49,285 nt of DNA from Polyangiaceae bacterium (GCA_044222475.1 JBGANF010000051.1:1-49285), one strand, 5' to 3'; counted from the first letter of the stretch, positions 18,203 to 28,128 are shown. Program-made: numbers and translations. Notes: generated by a model not told the origin, from the sequence alone.

Positions 18203-18631
18203 TTGATTAGGGCAGCTTTCTCATCCGACGAGTTCATCGACCACGTTCTGACCCAGCTCACGAACGGGCGAGAACCCACGAACCGCTTCGAACGAGTCGT
18301 CCGGCTCGCGCAAGGCGCCTGGTACAAGATCGAGAGCTCCGGCCTCGCGGGCATGGCGGAGTGGGAGTGCGCCGGCCTCTGCGACATGGATGAGCTCGAC
18401 CGTGCCCTTCGCGACATCGGGGCAAGCCGCGCCGCGGACGTCATTCGAGCGATCGTCACCAAGCTCCGCGCGGTCGACCCCGAGGTGAAGGCCGCGTTGC
18501 CGGGGAACGAGTACTGCGACTGCGCCGGTGACACCGTCGAAGTCCCTTTCGATGTAGACGCGGAGATCTTTCGCCCACTCGTCACGTGGGTCATCCGACA
18601 TCGCCGGGAGGTCGCCGCACTCGTGAACTGA
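18203..18631 (+). CDS. Hypothetical acidic helical protein, possibly DUF4375/DMP19-like
   Basis: IESSGL...ALRDIGASRAADVI pattern; weak TTG start. Confidence 0.45.
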   Translation: MIRAAFSSDEFIDHVLTQLTNGREPTNRFERVVRLAQGAWYKIESSGLAGMAEWECAGLCDMDELDRALRDIGASRAADVIRAIVTKLRAVDPEVKAALPGNEYCDCAGDTVEVPFDVDAEIFRPLVTWVIRHRREVAALVN

Positions 18632-18702
18632 TGCTGACCTCGCTCCTGGCGTTCCTGGCGGTTCTCTCGTCGGCGGCAGCGCGGTCCGCAGCGTGGTAAG
18701 AA

Positions 18703-21015
18703 GTGGCCGTGACTTTGCGGGCGCGCATTGCGGTCGTCTCTTCGGTCGTCATCGCGATGGCATGCAGCGACGCGACGGTCGCGGCTCCGCCCGACGTCGC
18801 CCCGGTCGACGAGAACGACGTCCACTGCGATCCGTTCGACGCCATCGCCGACGACGCCGACTCGCCGGCGACGCCCACCGCTGCGCCGTTCGTGAAGTGG
18901 GTCGACCCCTTCGTCGGCACCGGAGGCACCGCGTTCGGCACCGGCTCGACGTACCCCGGGCCCCAAGTGCCTTTCGGCATGGCGCGCCCGGGACCGGACA
19001 CGTCGCACCTCGGCGGCGCGATCGAGTTCGCCCACTGCGCCGGCTACAGCTACGGCGACGACGTCATCGAAGGCTTCAGCCACCTGCGCCTCCACGGCGC
19101 CGGCATCGCCGATTACGGCGGTCTCGCCTTGATGCCGACGATCGGCATGACGGCGGCCAAGGCCAAGCCGCGCAGCCATGGCTCGCACTTCTCGCACGCG
19201 ACCGAGGTCGCCACGCCCGGCTACTACGCCGTCACCCTCGACGACGTGGCGGTGAAGGCCGAGCTCACGGCGTCGGCGCGGGTCGCGTTCCATCGGTACA
19301 CCTTCACGCAGGGCGCCGACGCGGTCATCGCGGTCGACGCCGGGCACCTGGTCTCGGAGGGAACCGAGATCTCCGAAGGCTCGATCGAGATCGACGCAGC
19401 AAAGCGCGAGGTCCGCGGGTCGTCCCACGTGATGGGCTCGTACTCCGATCGGTTCGGCGGATTCGTCGTCTACTGGACGGTGCGCTTTCGCCGCGCCTTC
19501 ACGACGTCCGGCGTGTACGCCGGCGGCGTCATGGAGGACGGCGCGACGACGAAGGTCGGAAAAGACGCCGGCGCGTACCTCCACTTCGATACCACCGCCG
19601 ATCCCGTCGTCGAAGCCGAGGTCGCGGCCTCGTACGTCGACGCTCCCCACGCGACCGCGAACCTCGACGCGGAGTCGATGACGTTCGACGCCGCGCGAGC
19701 CGCCGCGACGGCGTCGTGGGAGTCGCGCCTCGCCCGCGTGAAGATCGACGCGCGCAGCGATCGCGATCGGAGGACCTTCTACAGCGCGCTCTACCACACG
19801 GCCCTGATGCCGGCGCTCGCGTCCGACGTCGACGGGAGCTACCGCGGGCTCGACGGCACGGTGCGAAAGCTCTCGAAGCCCGGCGAGCGCTACTTCAACG
19901 ACTACTCGCTGTGGGACACGTATCGCACGCTCCACCCCTGGATCGATCTCGTCTACCCCGAGGACGCCGGGGCGCTCGCTGCGAGCCTCGTGCAGATGGG
20001 CAAGGACGCCGGGTACCTCCCTCGGTGGCCGCTCGCCGTCGGCGAGACGGGCGGCATGGTCGGCGACGGCGCCACGATCGCGCTCGCCGACGCGTTCGTC
20101 AAAGGCGTCCCAAATTGGGATGGTCGCGCCGGCTACGACGTCGCCCGCAAGCAGGCGACCACGAACATCCCGAACGCGGGGCGAAGCGACATGGCCGACT
20201 TCCTCTCGCTCGGCTACGTCCCGCTCGACAAGAGCGGCTCGGTCGCGAAGACGCTCGAGAACGCGGCCGCCGACCACGCCCTGGGCGAGTGGGCCGGAGC
20301 CCTCGGCGAGGCCGCCGATCGCGACCTCTTCCTCGCGCGCGGCGCGATCTGGAAGAAGCTCTACGATCCCGAGACCCACTTCCTCTTTCCGCTCACCCGC
20401 GACGGCGTGCGCACCACCCAGAACCCGACCGACATGGGCGGCCCCTACGTCGAGGGCACCGCGTGGCACTACAACTTCATGGTGCCGCACGACGTCGACG
20501 GACTCGCGCTGGCGATGACGAAGCCGGTGCTCCTCGGTCGGCTCGACCAGCTCTTCTCGCGGTTCGCCTGCACCGGCAAGCCGGCGTTCCTCCCGAACCC
20601 CTACTACTGGCCCGCGAACGAGCCGGTGCTCTTCTCGGGCTTCGCGTTCGGCGTACTCGGCGATCGTACCAGGTTGGGACGATGGGTGCGCTGGACGACG
20701 GTGACGCACTTCGGCGACGGACCCGACGGCATCCCCGGCAACGACGACGGCGGCACGATGAGCGCGTTCTACCTCTTCGCGTCGATCGGGCTCTATCCGA
20801 TCGCGGGCACACCGCGCTACGTCCTCGGCACTCCCCTGTTTCCCAAGGTCGTGCTCGATCTCCCCACCGGCGCCGTCACGATCGACGCACCCGCCGCGAG
20901 TCGCCGGACGTTCGTGCCCAAGACCATCGCGCGGAACGGCGCCCCCATCACCGGAGGCCTGATCACCCACGCCGAGCTCGCTGGCGCGACGCTGCGCTTC
21001 GACATGAGCCGATGA
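18703..21015 (+). CDS. GH92 alpha-1,2-mannosidase family lipoprotein
   Basis: VDPFVGT, TYPG...PFGM, SLWDTYRT, VEG, NEP, PGNDDGGTMSA. Confidence 0.93.
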   Translation: MAVTLRARIAVVSSVVIAMACSDATVAAPPDVAPVDENDVHCDPFDAIADDADSPATPTAAPFVKWVDPFVGTGGTAFGTGSTYPGPQVPFGMARPGPDTSHLGGAIEFAHCAGYSYGDDVIEGFSHLRLHGAGIADYGGLALMPTIGMTAAKAKPRSHGSHFSHATEVATPGYYAVTLDDVAVKAELTASARVAFHRYTFTQGADAVIAVDAGHLVSEGTEISEGSIEIDAAKREVRGSSHVMGSYSDRFGGFVVYWTVRFRRAFTTSGVYAGGVMEDGATTKVGKDAGAYLHFDTTADPVVEAEVAASYVDAPHATANLDAESMTFDAARAAATASWESRLARVKIDARSDRDRRTFYSALYHTALMPALASDVDGSYRGLDGTVRKLSKPGERYFNDYSLWDTYRTLHPWIDLVYPEDAGALAASLVQMGKDAGYLPRWPLAVGETGGMVGDGATIALADAFVKGVPNWDGRAGYDVARKQATTNIPNAGRSDMADFLSLGYVPLDKSGSVAKTLENAAADHALGEWAGALGEAADRDLFLARGAIWKKLYDPETHFLFPLTRDGVRTTQNPTDMGGPYVEGTAWHYNFMVPHDVDGLALAMTKPVLLGRLDQLFSRFACTGKPAFLPNPYYWPANEPVLFSGFAFGVLGDRTRLGRWVRWTTVTHFGDGPDGIPGNDDGGTMSAFYLFASIGLYPIAGTPRYVLGTPLFPKVVLDLPTGAVTIDAPAASRRTFVPKTIARNGAPITGGLITHAELAGATLRFDMSR

Positions 21016-22022
21016 CGAAGCTCTCCGTCCTCGACCTGTCACCGATTGCGTCCGGCTCGAACGCGACCGAGGCCCTGCGAAACACCATCGACCTCGCGCG
21101 TCACGCGGAGTCCATCGGCGCGGCGCGCTATTGGCTCGCCGAGCATCACAACGCCGGCGCGCTCGCGAGCTCCGCGCCCGAGATCATGATCGGCCAGGTC
21201 GGCGCCGCGACGAAGACGATCCGCGTGGGCGCCGGCGGCATCATGCTCCCCAACCACGCGCCGCTGAAGGTCGCGGAGCTCTTCCGCGTGCTCGGTGCGC
21301 TCTTCCCCGGTCGCGTCGACCTGGGCATCGGTCGCGCCGCCGGCACCGATCCGAAGACGGCGGCCGCTCTGCGCCGCGGACGCGGAGCGAGCGCAGACGA
21401 CTTCCCGGAGCAGATGACGGAGCTCTTCGCGTACCTCGACGAACGCGGCAAGCCGCGCGGCCCCTTCGGCGGCGGCATCCGCGCGATCCCGAGCGGAGTC
21501 GATTCCCCCGAGATCTGGATCCTCGGCTCCAGCGAATACGGCGGCACGTACGCCGCGCGACACGGACTGCCGTTCGCGTTCGCGCAGCACATCAACCCGC
21601 GCGACGCCGAGCTCGTGCTCCGAAGCTACCGCCGCGAGTTCCGCCCGTCGCCGCGCTGCGCCGAGCCGCGCTCGATGATCGCGCTCTCGGTGATCTGCGC
21701 CGAGACCGAGGCCATCGCGCGTGATCTCGAAGCCTGCGCCGCGCTCGGGTTCCTCCGCTTCTCGCGAGGTCTCCGCGACGAACCGATGCCGAGCGTCGAA
21801 GAAGCGCGCGCCCACGTGATGGACGACGACGACCGCGCGCTCCTCGCGGGGCTCGGCGAAGGCCGCGCGATCATCGGCACCGTCGACCGGGTGCGCCGAG
21901 ACCTGGGCGAAGTGATCCGCCGCTGCGAGGTCGACGAAGTGATGGCCTTGGCCCACGTGCACGATCACGAAACCCGAAAGCGCTCCTACACCCTTCTCGC
22001 CGACGCGCTGACGCCCGCATGA
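21012..22022 (+). CDS. LLM-class flavin-dependent oxidoreductase
   Basis: LSVLDLSPI, YWLAEHHN, GGIMLPNH, DLGIGRA, WILGSS. Confidence 0.93.
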   Translation: MTKLSVLDLSPIASGSNATEALRNTIDLARHAESIGAARYWLAEHHNAGALASSAPEIMIGQVGAATKTIRVGAGGIMLPNHAPLKVAELFRVLGALFPGRVDLGIGRAAGTDPKTAAALRRGRGASADDFPEQMTELFAYLDERGKPRGPFGGGIRAIPSGVDSPEIWILGSSEYGGTYAARHGLPFAFAQHINPRDAELVLRSYRREFRPSPRCAEPRSMIALSVICAETEAIARDLEACAALGFLRFSRGLRDEPMPSVEEARAHVMDDDDRALLAGLGEGRAIIGTVDRVRRDLGEVIRRCEVDEVMALAHVHDHETRKRSYTLLADALTPA

Positions 22023-22531
22023 GCGAGAGCATACCCATCACCGCAGATGGACCGCACCTCGAGGGCGTGTTCGGCCCGCTCTCCAGTGACGAGGACCGCT
22101 CGCTCAGGACGACCATCATCCGACTCAGCGCAGAGCTAGTGGGCATGGCCCAACGACTCGGCGGTCGCGCCGGCTGGTCAGGCACTGGCTTCGAGCTGGA
22201 ATGGGCCGCCTCGGGCCAGACATCCATCAATGCCTTCGTCGACGTCGAGGAGGCTGACCGGTACATCGAGTTCTCAGTCGAAGTTCGGCCAAGCTGGTAC
22301 TTCGGTGAGCGAAGCGACGAGCGAGCGTGGTTCGTCGACGAGAGGATCTCCGTTCGATGCGCAGCGCCTCGCGACTGCGGCATGCACGACATCGTGTCGA
22401 CGGAGCACCGCGTTCGAACGGTCCCGGAGCTGATCGCCGTCCTCGACGCGACCGTCGCTCGATTGGTTGCCCTATCCAAAGACCACCCCCTTGCTCATTG
22501 GATTGCGGTCGACCCGGGTTGCGCGAAGTGA
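22019..22531 (+). CDS. Hypothetical protein
   Basis: ATGA-coupled; protein-like composition; codon usage looks less GC-biased than neighbours. Confidence 0.6.
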   Translation: MSESIPITADGPHLEGVFGPLSSDEDRSLRTTIIRLSAELVGMAQRLGGRAGWSGTGFELEWAASGQTSINAFVDVEEADRYIEFSVEVRPSWYFGERSDERAWFVDERISVRCAAPRDCGMHDIVSTEHRVRTVPELIAVLDATVARLVALSKDHPLAHWIAVDPGCAK

Positions 22532-22546
22532 TGGGCGAGCCCCGCG

Positions 22547-22875
22547 TCAGATCATCGTCCACTCGGGGTTCCCGTTGTCGACGTAGTATTTTCGAGCTTC
22601 CTCCGACAAGTCGAGAGCGGCGAGGTCGAGGATGAGCCTCTGCGGCGCCGAGACCTCGCTTGCTGCGACAGGAACGGGGTGAACCGCAGCGTGAGCGGTG
22701 TGGGTGGGGTCAGACCGGGCTTTGCGGCGAGCGGTACGGCCCGAACCGTGTATTGGCGGATGTCTTCGGTGAAGCGACGAATTTCCCTCAGGAGGAGCTG
22801 CCACGCAAGCCCGACAGCAAGGACGGTTCCGACCAGAGCGAGGATGCCGATCAGGAACCAAAGACGTAACGGCAT
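22547..22875 (-). pseudogene. Small membrane-anchored hypothetical protein, apparently frameshifted at the G4 run 22676-22679
   Basis: The N-terminus MPLRLWFLIG... and the protein-like C-terminus ...LILDLAALDLSEEARKYYVDNGNPEWTMI lie in different frames. Confidence 0.5.
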
Positions 22876-22879
22876 GTCG

Positions 22880-23971
22880 CTACTTCGTGACCGGCAGCCG
22901 GCGCTTTCCCCCGGTACCACCGCTTCGATCGATGACCGGACCCGCGTCTTCCTCACCGGAGTCGTGCCGCGCGGCCACGACGTCGACGAGCTTCTCGGCG
23001 ACCTCGACGAACGCCTGGGCAATCGCGCCGCCCGGCGCGGCTTGCACCACCGGCGTCCCCTTGTCGCCCCACTCGCGCACCGACTGATCGATCGGGATCT
23101 GCCCGAGAAGCGGCGCCTTCGCGAAGTCGGCGACGGCCGCGCCGCCGCCCTTCCCGAACAGCTCGTGACGGACGCCCGCCGTGTCGACGAAGTAGCTCAT
23201 GTTCTCCACCACGCCGAGCACCGGGATGTTCACCTTCTCGCACATGCTGACCGACTTGAAGACGTCGTCGGTCGCCACCGGCTGCGGCGTCGTCACGATG
23301 ACGGCGCCGGTCGCGCGCATCTGCTGCGAGAGCGTGAGCGCGACGTCGCCGGTTCCCGGCGGCAGATCGAGCACGAGGAAATCGAGCTCGCCCCACGACA
23401 CGTCGCGGAGGAACTGCTGCAGCGCCCCCGCGAGCATCGGACCACGCCACACCACCGCCGCCTTCGGATCGTCGAGCAAGAACCCGATGCTCATGAGCTT
23501 CACGCCGAAGCGCGTCAGCGGCTCGATCTTCTTTCCGTCGAGCGAGACCGGCCGACCGCTCACCCCCAGCATCGTCGGGATCGACGGACCGTAGATGTCG
23601 GCGTCGAGCAGGCCGACGCGCAAGCCCATGCGGTGGAGCGCGAGCGTCAGGTTCGTCGCGGTGGTGCTCTTCCCCACCCCGCCCTTGCCGCTCATCACGA
23701 GGATCACGTTCTTCACTTCGGGCAGCGGATCGTTCGGGCCGAGGGGCCGCGCGGCGACCGCTCCGGCGATCTGTACGTCGACCGCGGTGATCCCCGCGAT
23801 GGCCTTCACCGCGTCGCGCACCTGATGGCCGAGTCGCTCCCGTGCGCCGCGGTCGTCCTGATCGCCCAGGTCGATCGAGATCGTCGCGCGGCCTTCGTCG
23901 ACCTCGACCGACGAAACGATGACCCCGAGGGCCTTGGCCGCGGCTTCGACCTTGTCTTTGAGCGTGCTCAT
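22880..23971 (-). CDS. mrp: Mrp/NBP35 family ATP-binding protein
   Basis: SGKGGVGKST, DADIYGPSIP, WRGPM, DLPPGTGD, VVENMS. Confidence 0.93.
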   Translation of the reverse strand: MSTLKDKVEAAAKALGVIVSSVEVDEGRATISIDLGDQDDRGARERLGHQVRDAVKAIAGITAVDVQIAGAVAARPLGPNDPLPEVKNVILVMSGKGGVGKSTTATNLTLALHRMGLRVGLLDADIYGPSIPTMLGVSGRPVSLDGKKIEPLTRFGVKLMSIGFLLDDPKAAVVWRGPMLAGALQQFLRDVSWGELDFLVLDLPPGTGDVALTLSQQMRATGAVIVTTPQPVATDDVFKSVSMCEKVNIPVLGVVENMSYFVDTAGVRHELFGKGGGAAVADFAKAPLLGQIPIDQSVREWGDKGTPVVQAAPGGAIAQAFVEVAEKLVDVVAARHDSGEEDAGPVIDRSGGTGGKRRLPVTK

Positions 23972-24003
23972 GCCGCTCTCGGTAGGCCGCGTGGGGCGGG
24001 TTG

Positions 24004-25428
24004 TCAACGCGCCAAGCGCTTCACGAGCAGCTTGCGATCGGTCATCTCCTCGATCGCGTATCGGACCCCCTCGCGACCGACGCCCGAGTCGCGAACACCG
24101 CCGTACGGCATGGAGTCCACGCGGAACGTCGGCACGTCGCCCACGATCAGACCGCCGACGTGGAGCGACTCGAACGCGGCCTCGATGCGCGCGTCCGAGT
24201 CGGTGAAGATGCCGGCCTGCAACCCGAAGCGGGTCGCGTCGGCGAGCGCGAGCGCGTCCTCCCACGTGTCGTAGCGCTGGATGGTCAGGACCGGGCCGAA
24301 GACCTCCTCGTCGATGACCTTCATGCCTCCGCCGCGACCGTCGATCGCGAGGATCACCGGGCTCAGTCGGTTTCCTTCGCGCGTACCGCGCAGGAGCGGC
24401 CGCGCACCGGCGGCGATCGCCTCGTCGATCCACGCGTCGACGCGGATCGCGTTGGCTTCGTCGATCATGCAGGAGACGATCCCCGCTTCGCGCGGCGCGC
24501 GCACCGCGAGCGCACGGGTGCGCTCGAGCACGTCGGCGACGAAGCGATCGTAGATGTCGCCGTGGACGATGAGCCGCTGGACCTTGATGCACACCTGGCC
24601 GGCGTAGCCGAACGCTCCGAAGACGACGCGCTCCGCTGCGAACGCGAGGTCGCTGTCTTCGTGCACGATCGCCGCAGCGTTGCCCCCGAGCTCGAGCAGT
24701 GCGCGCTTCTTCCCCGCGACCGCCTTGAGGTGCCAACCCACTTTGTCGCTGCCGGTGAACGAGAGGGTCGCGTAGCGCGGATCACGCACCAGCCGCTCCG
24801 CGTCGACGTTGGAGCACGGGACGACCTGCAGCGCGTTCGCGGGGAGACCGGCCTCGCGCACGATCGCCGCGAGGTGGAGCGCCGACAGCGGGGTCTGCGG
24901 CGGCGGCTTGAGGACGATGCTCGCGCCGCACGCGAGCGCTGGCGCGACCTTGTGCGCGACGAGGTTCAGCGGGAAATTGAAGGGCGAGATGCCGATCACC
25001 GGGCCGGCCGGAACGCGGCGCACGATCCCGCGGTAGCCCTCGCCGGTGGGCGTACCGTCGAGATCGATCGCCTCGCCGCCGAGGCGCGTCGCTTCTTCGG
25101 CCGCGAGCTCGAACGTGGCGACCGCGCGCGCGACCTCGGCGCGGGCGAGCGCGATCGGCTTTCCCGATTCGTCGGCCAACGTCGACGCGATCGTCTGCGT
25201 GTCGTTTCCGATCGTCTCGGCGATGAACGACAGCGCGCGCTTGCGCACGCTCGCCGACGTGCGCTTCATGGCGGCGAACGCCTTCACCGCTTCCTCGGTC
25301 GCGAGCTCGACCCGAGCGGCATCGGCGATCACGATCTCGCCGACCTCGGCCCCGTCCCACGGTGCGCGAACGACGTGCCGCTCACCGTCCTCGAACGCGT
25401 TTCCCCCGACGTGCAGCGCGTGGAGCAT
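24004..25428 (-). CDS. Aldehyde dehydrogenase family protein
   Basis: SPFNFPLN, FTGS, LELGGN, GQVC, EEVFGP. Confidence 0.93.
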   Translation of the reverse strand: MLHALHVGGNAFEDGERHVVRAPWDGAEVGEIVIADAARVELATEEAVKAFAAMKRTSASVRKRALSFIAETIGNDTQTIASTLADESGKPIALARAEVARAVATFELAAEEATRLGGEAIDLDGTPTGEGYRGIVRRVPAGPVIGISPFNFPLNLVAHKVAPALACGASIVLKPPPQTPLSALHLAAIVREAGLPANALQVVPCSNVDAERLVRDPRYATLSFTGSDKVGWHLKAVAGKKRALLELGGNAAAIVHEDSDLAFAAERVVFGAFGYAGQVCIKVQRLIVHGDIYDRFVADVLERTRALAVRAPREAGIVSCMIDEANAIRVDAWIDEAIAAGARPLLRGTREGNRLSPVILAIDGRGGGMKVIDEEVFGPVLTIQRYDTWEDALALADATRFGLQAGIFTDSDARIEAAFESLHVGGLIVGDVPTFRVDSMPYGGVRDSGVGREGVRYAIEEMTDRKLLVKRLAR

Positions 25429-25444
25429 GAGCCCACGATATCCC

Positions 25445-25486
25445 AAAAACGCGAAACCCCCGCCGGTCGCGCCGACGGGGGTCTCG
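25445..25486 (-). terminator. Intrinsic terminator after the Cys-rich lipoprotein gene
   Basis: Stem ACCCCCG...CGGGGGT followed by TTTTT on the minus strand. Confidence 0.75.
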
Positions 25487-25504
25487 TCTCGAGAGATGGC
25501 GCGA

Positions 25505-26749
25505 TCAGTTGATCTTGACCGCCGCCGTCACCTTCACCGCGCCGTCGAGCGCCGCCGTGAACTCCTTCGATGCCGCGTCCGCGTCGCCGCTCATCGCCGC
25601 GAGGCATGCGATGCCTTCGCCGCTGACCTTGCCGCTGACCGCGCCGGCCGCCTTCACGACCGCCGCCGCGCCGTCGAGGAACTGCTGGCCGCGGGCCTTG
25701 AGCACCTCGATGAGGGGCGGGAGGTTCCGGTTGAGCGTCGCGATGACCGCGTCGCTGTTGCCCGTCACCACGACCGAGGCCGGCGTGCACTCCGCGCGCG
25801 CCTGGACGCTCGCGTTGCAGCTCGCCTGGCAGTCCGCGTCGACCTTGCAGCCGCCTTCGAGCGTGCCGCCCTTGCACTCGAGGGGCTCGTAGTCGGCGGT
25901 GCACTTGCCGGAGCAGTTCACCGTCGCCGAGCCCGACTGCGCCTTGCACGACGCGTCGCACTTGCCGCTGCACGAGCCGGAGCACGTGACGGACGCGCCC
26001 GCGCGGAGCGTGCACTTGCCGTTGCACGTTCCTTTGCACGAGCCGTCGTTCTGGATGCCGCTGCCGGCGCCACCGGCGCTGCAGGTTCCCTGGCACTGAC
26101 CGTCGCAGTCGACGCCGACGCTCACCGAGCCCTGGCAGGTGCCTTCGCACTTGCCGGTGCAGCTACCCTGACACTCGATCTTCGGCTCCTGCACGGTGAC
26201 GTCGCACTGGCCCTTGCACTGAACCGTGAGCGTTCCGCCCTTGCAGACCGGCGGGTTCACCTTGATGTCGCACTGAGCGCTCACGTCGCAGCGGGCCTGG
26301 CAGCTCGCTTGCGCCTGCACGCTCGCGGTGCAGACCGGCGGAGTGAACACGACTTGGACGTTCTGCGCCTGGAGCTTGGCGACGGCCTTCGGGCACCAGT
26401 AGTTGGCAGCCTGCGTCTGCTCCGACGGGGAGCCCTTCGCGGTGTTCACCACGAAGCCCTTCGGATCTTCTCCGAGGTCGGTCGCGATGCCCATGCACGC
26501 GGCGGCCACGTCGCCGACGGCGTTGTGCGCGACCGCGGCGAGATCGCCTGCGGCCTGCGCGATCACGAAGAACTGCCCCTGGATCGAGGGGTCGACCTTG
26601 GCCGCGACGGCGTTCAAGTCGCCCTTCGCATACTCGGGGCAGCAGACTGCGGCCTGCGCATCGGAGATCGCGCTACAGCCATTGCTCGCCGCAATCACAC
26701 CCACCGCGACTGCGGCGAGACCGGCGGCTCGGATCTTCGTGAAGTTCAT
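25505..26749 (-). CDS. Cys-rich lipoprotein with tandem CxGxC repeats
   Basis: AAGGAG RBS, signal peptide ending NGC, repeats such as CQGSCTGKCEGTC and CDGQCQGTC. Confidence 0.88.
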   Translation of the reverse strand: MNFTKIRAAGLAAVAVGVIAASNGCSAISDAQAAVCCPEYAKGDLNAVAAKVDPSIQGQFFVIAQAAGDLAAVAHNAVGDVAAACMGIATDLGEDPKGFVVNTAKGSPSEQTQAANYWCPKAVAKLQAQNVQVVFTPPVCTASVQAQASCQARCDVSAQCDIKVNPPVCKGGTLTVQCKGQCDVTVQEPKIECQGSCTGKCEGTCQGSVSVGVDCDGQCQGTCSAGGAGSGIQNDGSCKGTCNGKCTLRAGASVTCSGSCSGKCDASCKAQSGSATVNCSGKCTADYEPLECKGGTLEGGCKVDADCQASCNASVQARAECTPASVVVTGNSDAVIATLNRNLPPLIEVLKARGQQFLDGAAAVVKAAGAVSGKVSGEGIACLAAMSGDADAASKEFTAALDGAVKVTAAVKIN

Positions 26750-26934
26750 GAAGCACTCCTTTTCGAGGGAAAATATCGGAAGAACATCGATGAAACACCC
26801 ACCGGCCCGGTCACCGGTGGCTGCCTCGTCTTCCATTGGACGAAACGAATCGAGGTTCGATGCTGCGGCACATCGCCGCGGATGGCAAGCGCAAGAGGTG
26901 CGCGCCTGTAGGTGTCTCGATCGCGGTAGCCGGG

Positions 26935-28128
26935 TCAGCGACGAGCTTCGACCGCCGCGCGGACCGACGCCAGTCCAGCGCCGATGCGCTCTTCGTTCGT
27001 CGCGTAGCTGAACCGCACGTAGCCCGGCGCGCCGAACGGACCTCCGGGGACCGACGCTACGTGGGCCGCGTCGAGGAGGAACATCGCGACGTCTTCGTCG
27101 GACGCGAGCTTCGTCTCGCCGTGAGCGATCCCGTAGAGCGATCGACAATCCGCGAACGCGTAGAACGCACCCTCGGGCTTGCGGCAACGCAGACCGAGCG
27201 CGTTCAGCCCGGCGACCATCACGTCGCGCCGCTTCTGGAACTTGTCTCGCATCTCGCGAACGGCGTCTTGTGGGCCGCGGAGCGCGGCGACCGCGGCGTG
27301 CTGCGCGACCGCGGTCGCGTTCGTCGTGCTCTGTCCCTGAATGGTATCGAGCGCCTTCGCGATGCGCTTGGGAGCGACCGCCCACCCGATGCGCCAGCCC
27401 GTCATCGCGTAGCTCTTGGCGACGCCGTCGACGAGGACCAGTCGGTCGCGAAGATCGGCCCCGAGCTTGCCGGCGGAGACGTGCTCGAAGCCGTCGTAGA
27501 CGAGGTCGGCGTAGATCTCGTCGATGACGATGATGCAGTCGTGCTTGCGGAGCACGTCGAGCAAGGCGCTCATCTCGGGGCCGCTGTACGCGGAGCCCGT
27601 CGGGTTCGACGGCGTGCAGAAGATGACCGCTTTGGTCTTGGGGGTCAGCGCGGCAGCGAGCTTCGCGGGCGAGATGCGGAAGCCTTCCTCTTCGCTCGAC
27701 GGCACGAGGACGGGCGTGGCGCCCATCATGCGAACTTGCTCCGCGTAGCTGATCCACGAGGGCGTCGGGATGACGACCTCGTCGCCTGGCTCGTAGAGCG
27801 CGAGCGCGAGGTTGAAGAGCGCATGCTTCGCGCCGACGCCGACGACGACTTGGTCGGGCTTGGCGTCGACGCCGCGCGTCGCGAGCTTCTCGCACACGGC
27901 TTCGCGGAGCGGGAGGATGCCGGAGACGGCGGTGTACTTCGACGCGCCGCGGTCGATCGCTTGCTTCGCGGCTTCGAGCACGAAGGCCGGCGGCTCGAAA
28001 TCGGGCTCACCGACTCCGAACGCGAAGACGTCGACGCCTTTCGAACGGAGCTCGGCGGCGCGAGCGTTCATCGCGAGCGTCACGCTGGGGGCAACCGACG
28101 CGAGGCGGGAAGCTAGACCCTGGGGCAC
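26935..28128 (-). CDS. aspC: PLP-dependent class I aminotransferase (aspartate aminotransferase-like)
   Basis: GEPDF, PSNPTG, DEIY, AKSYAMTGWRIG. Confidence 0.9.
   Translation of the reverse strand: MPQGLASRLASVAPSVTLAMNARAAELRSKGVDVFAFGVGEPDFEPPAFVLEAAKQAIDRGASKYTAVSGILPLREAVCEKLATRGVDAKPDQVVVGVGAKHALFNLALALYEPGDEVVIPTPSWISYAEQVRMMGATPVLVPSSEEEGFRISPAKLAAALTPKTKAVIFCTPSNPTGSAYSGPEMSALLDVLRKHDCIIVIDEIYADLVYDGFEHVSAGKLGADLRDRLVLVDGVAKSYAMTGWRIGWAVAPKRIAKALDTIQGQSTTNATAVAQHAAVAALRGPQDAVREMRDKFQKRRDVMVAGLNALGLRCRKPEGAFYAFADCRSLYGIAHGETKLASDEDVAMFLLDAAHVASVPGGPFGAPGYVRFSYATNEERIGAGLASVRAAVEARR

Noticed and set aside
18693..21011. 1109-aa ORF 18693..22022 as a single protein
   Set aside because: Arg-rich off-frame read-through; the real LLM gene starts at the ATGA overlap at 21012.
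18202..21042. N-terminal ~950 aa of the 1173-aa minus-strand ORF 17521..21042, as a giant transposase fusion
   Set aside because: It is the antisense shadow of the GH92 gene; only 17521-18201 carries transposase motifs.
26891..26908. Sigma54-like motif upstream of the Cys-rich lipoprotein gene
   Set aside because: GG-to-GC spacing is 12 nt rather than 10.
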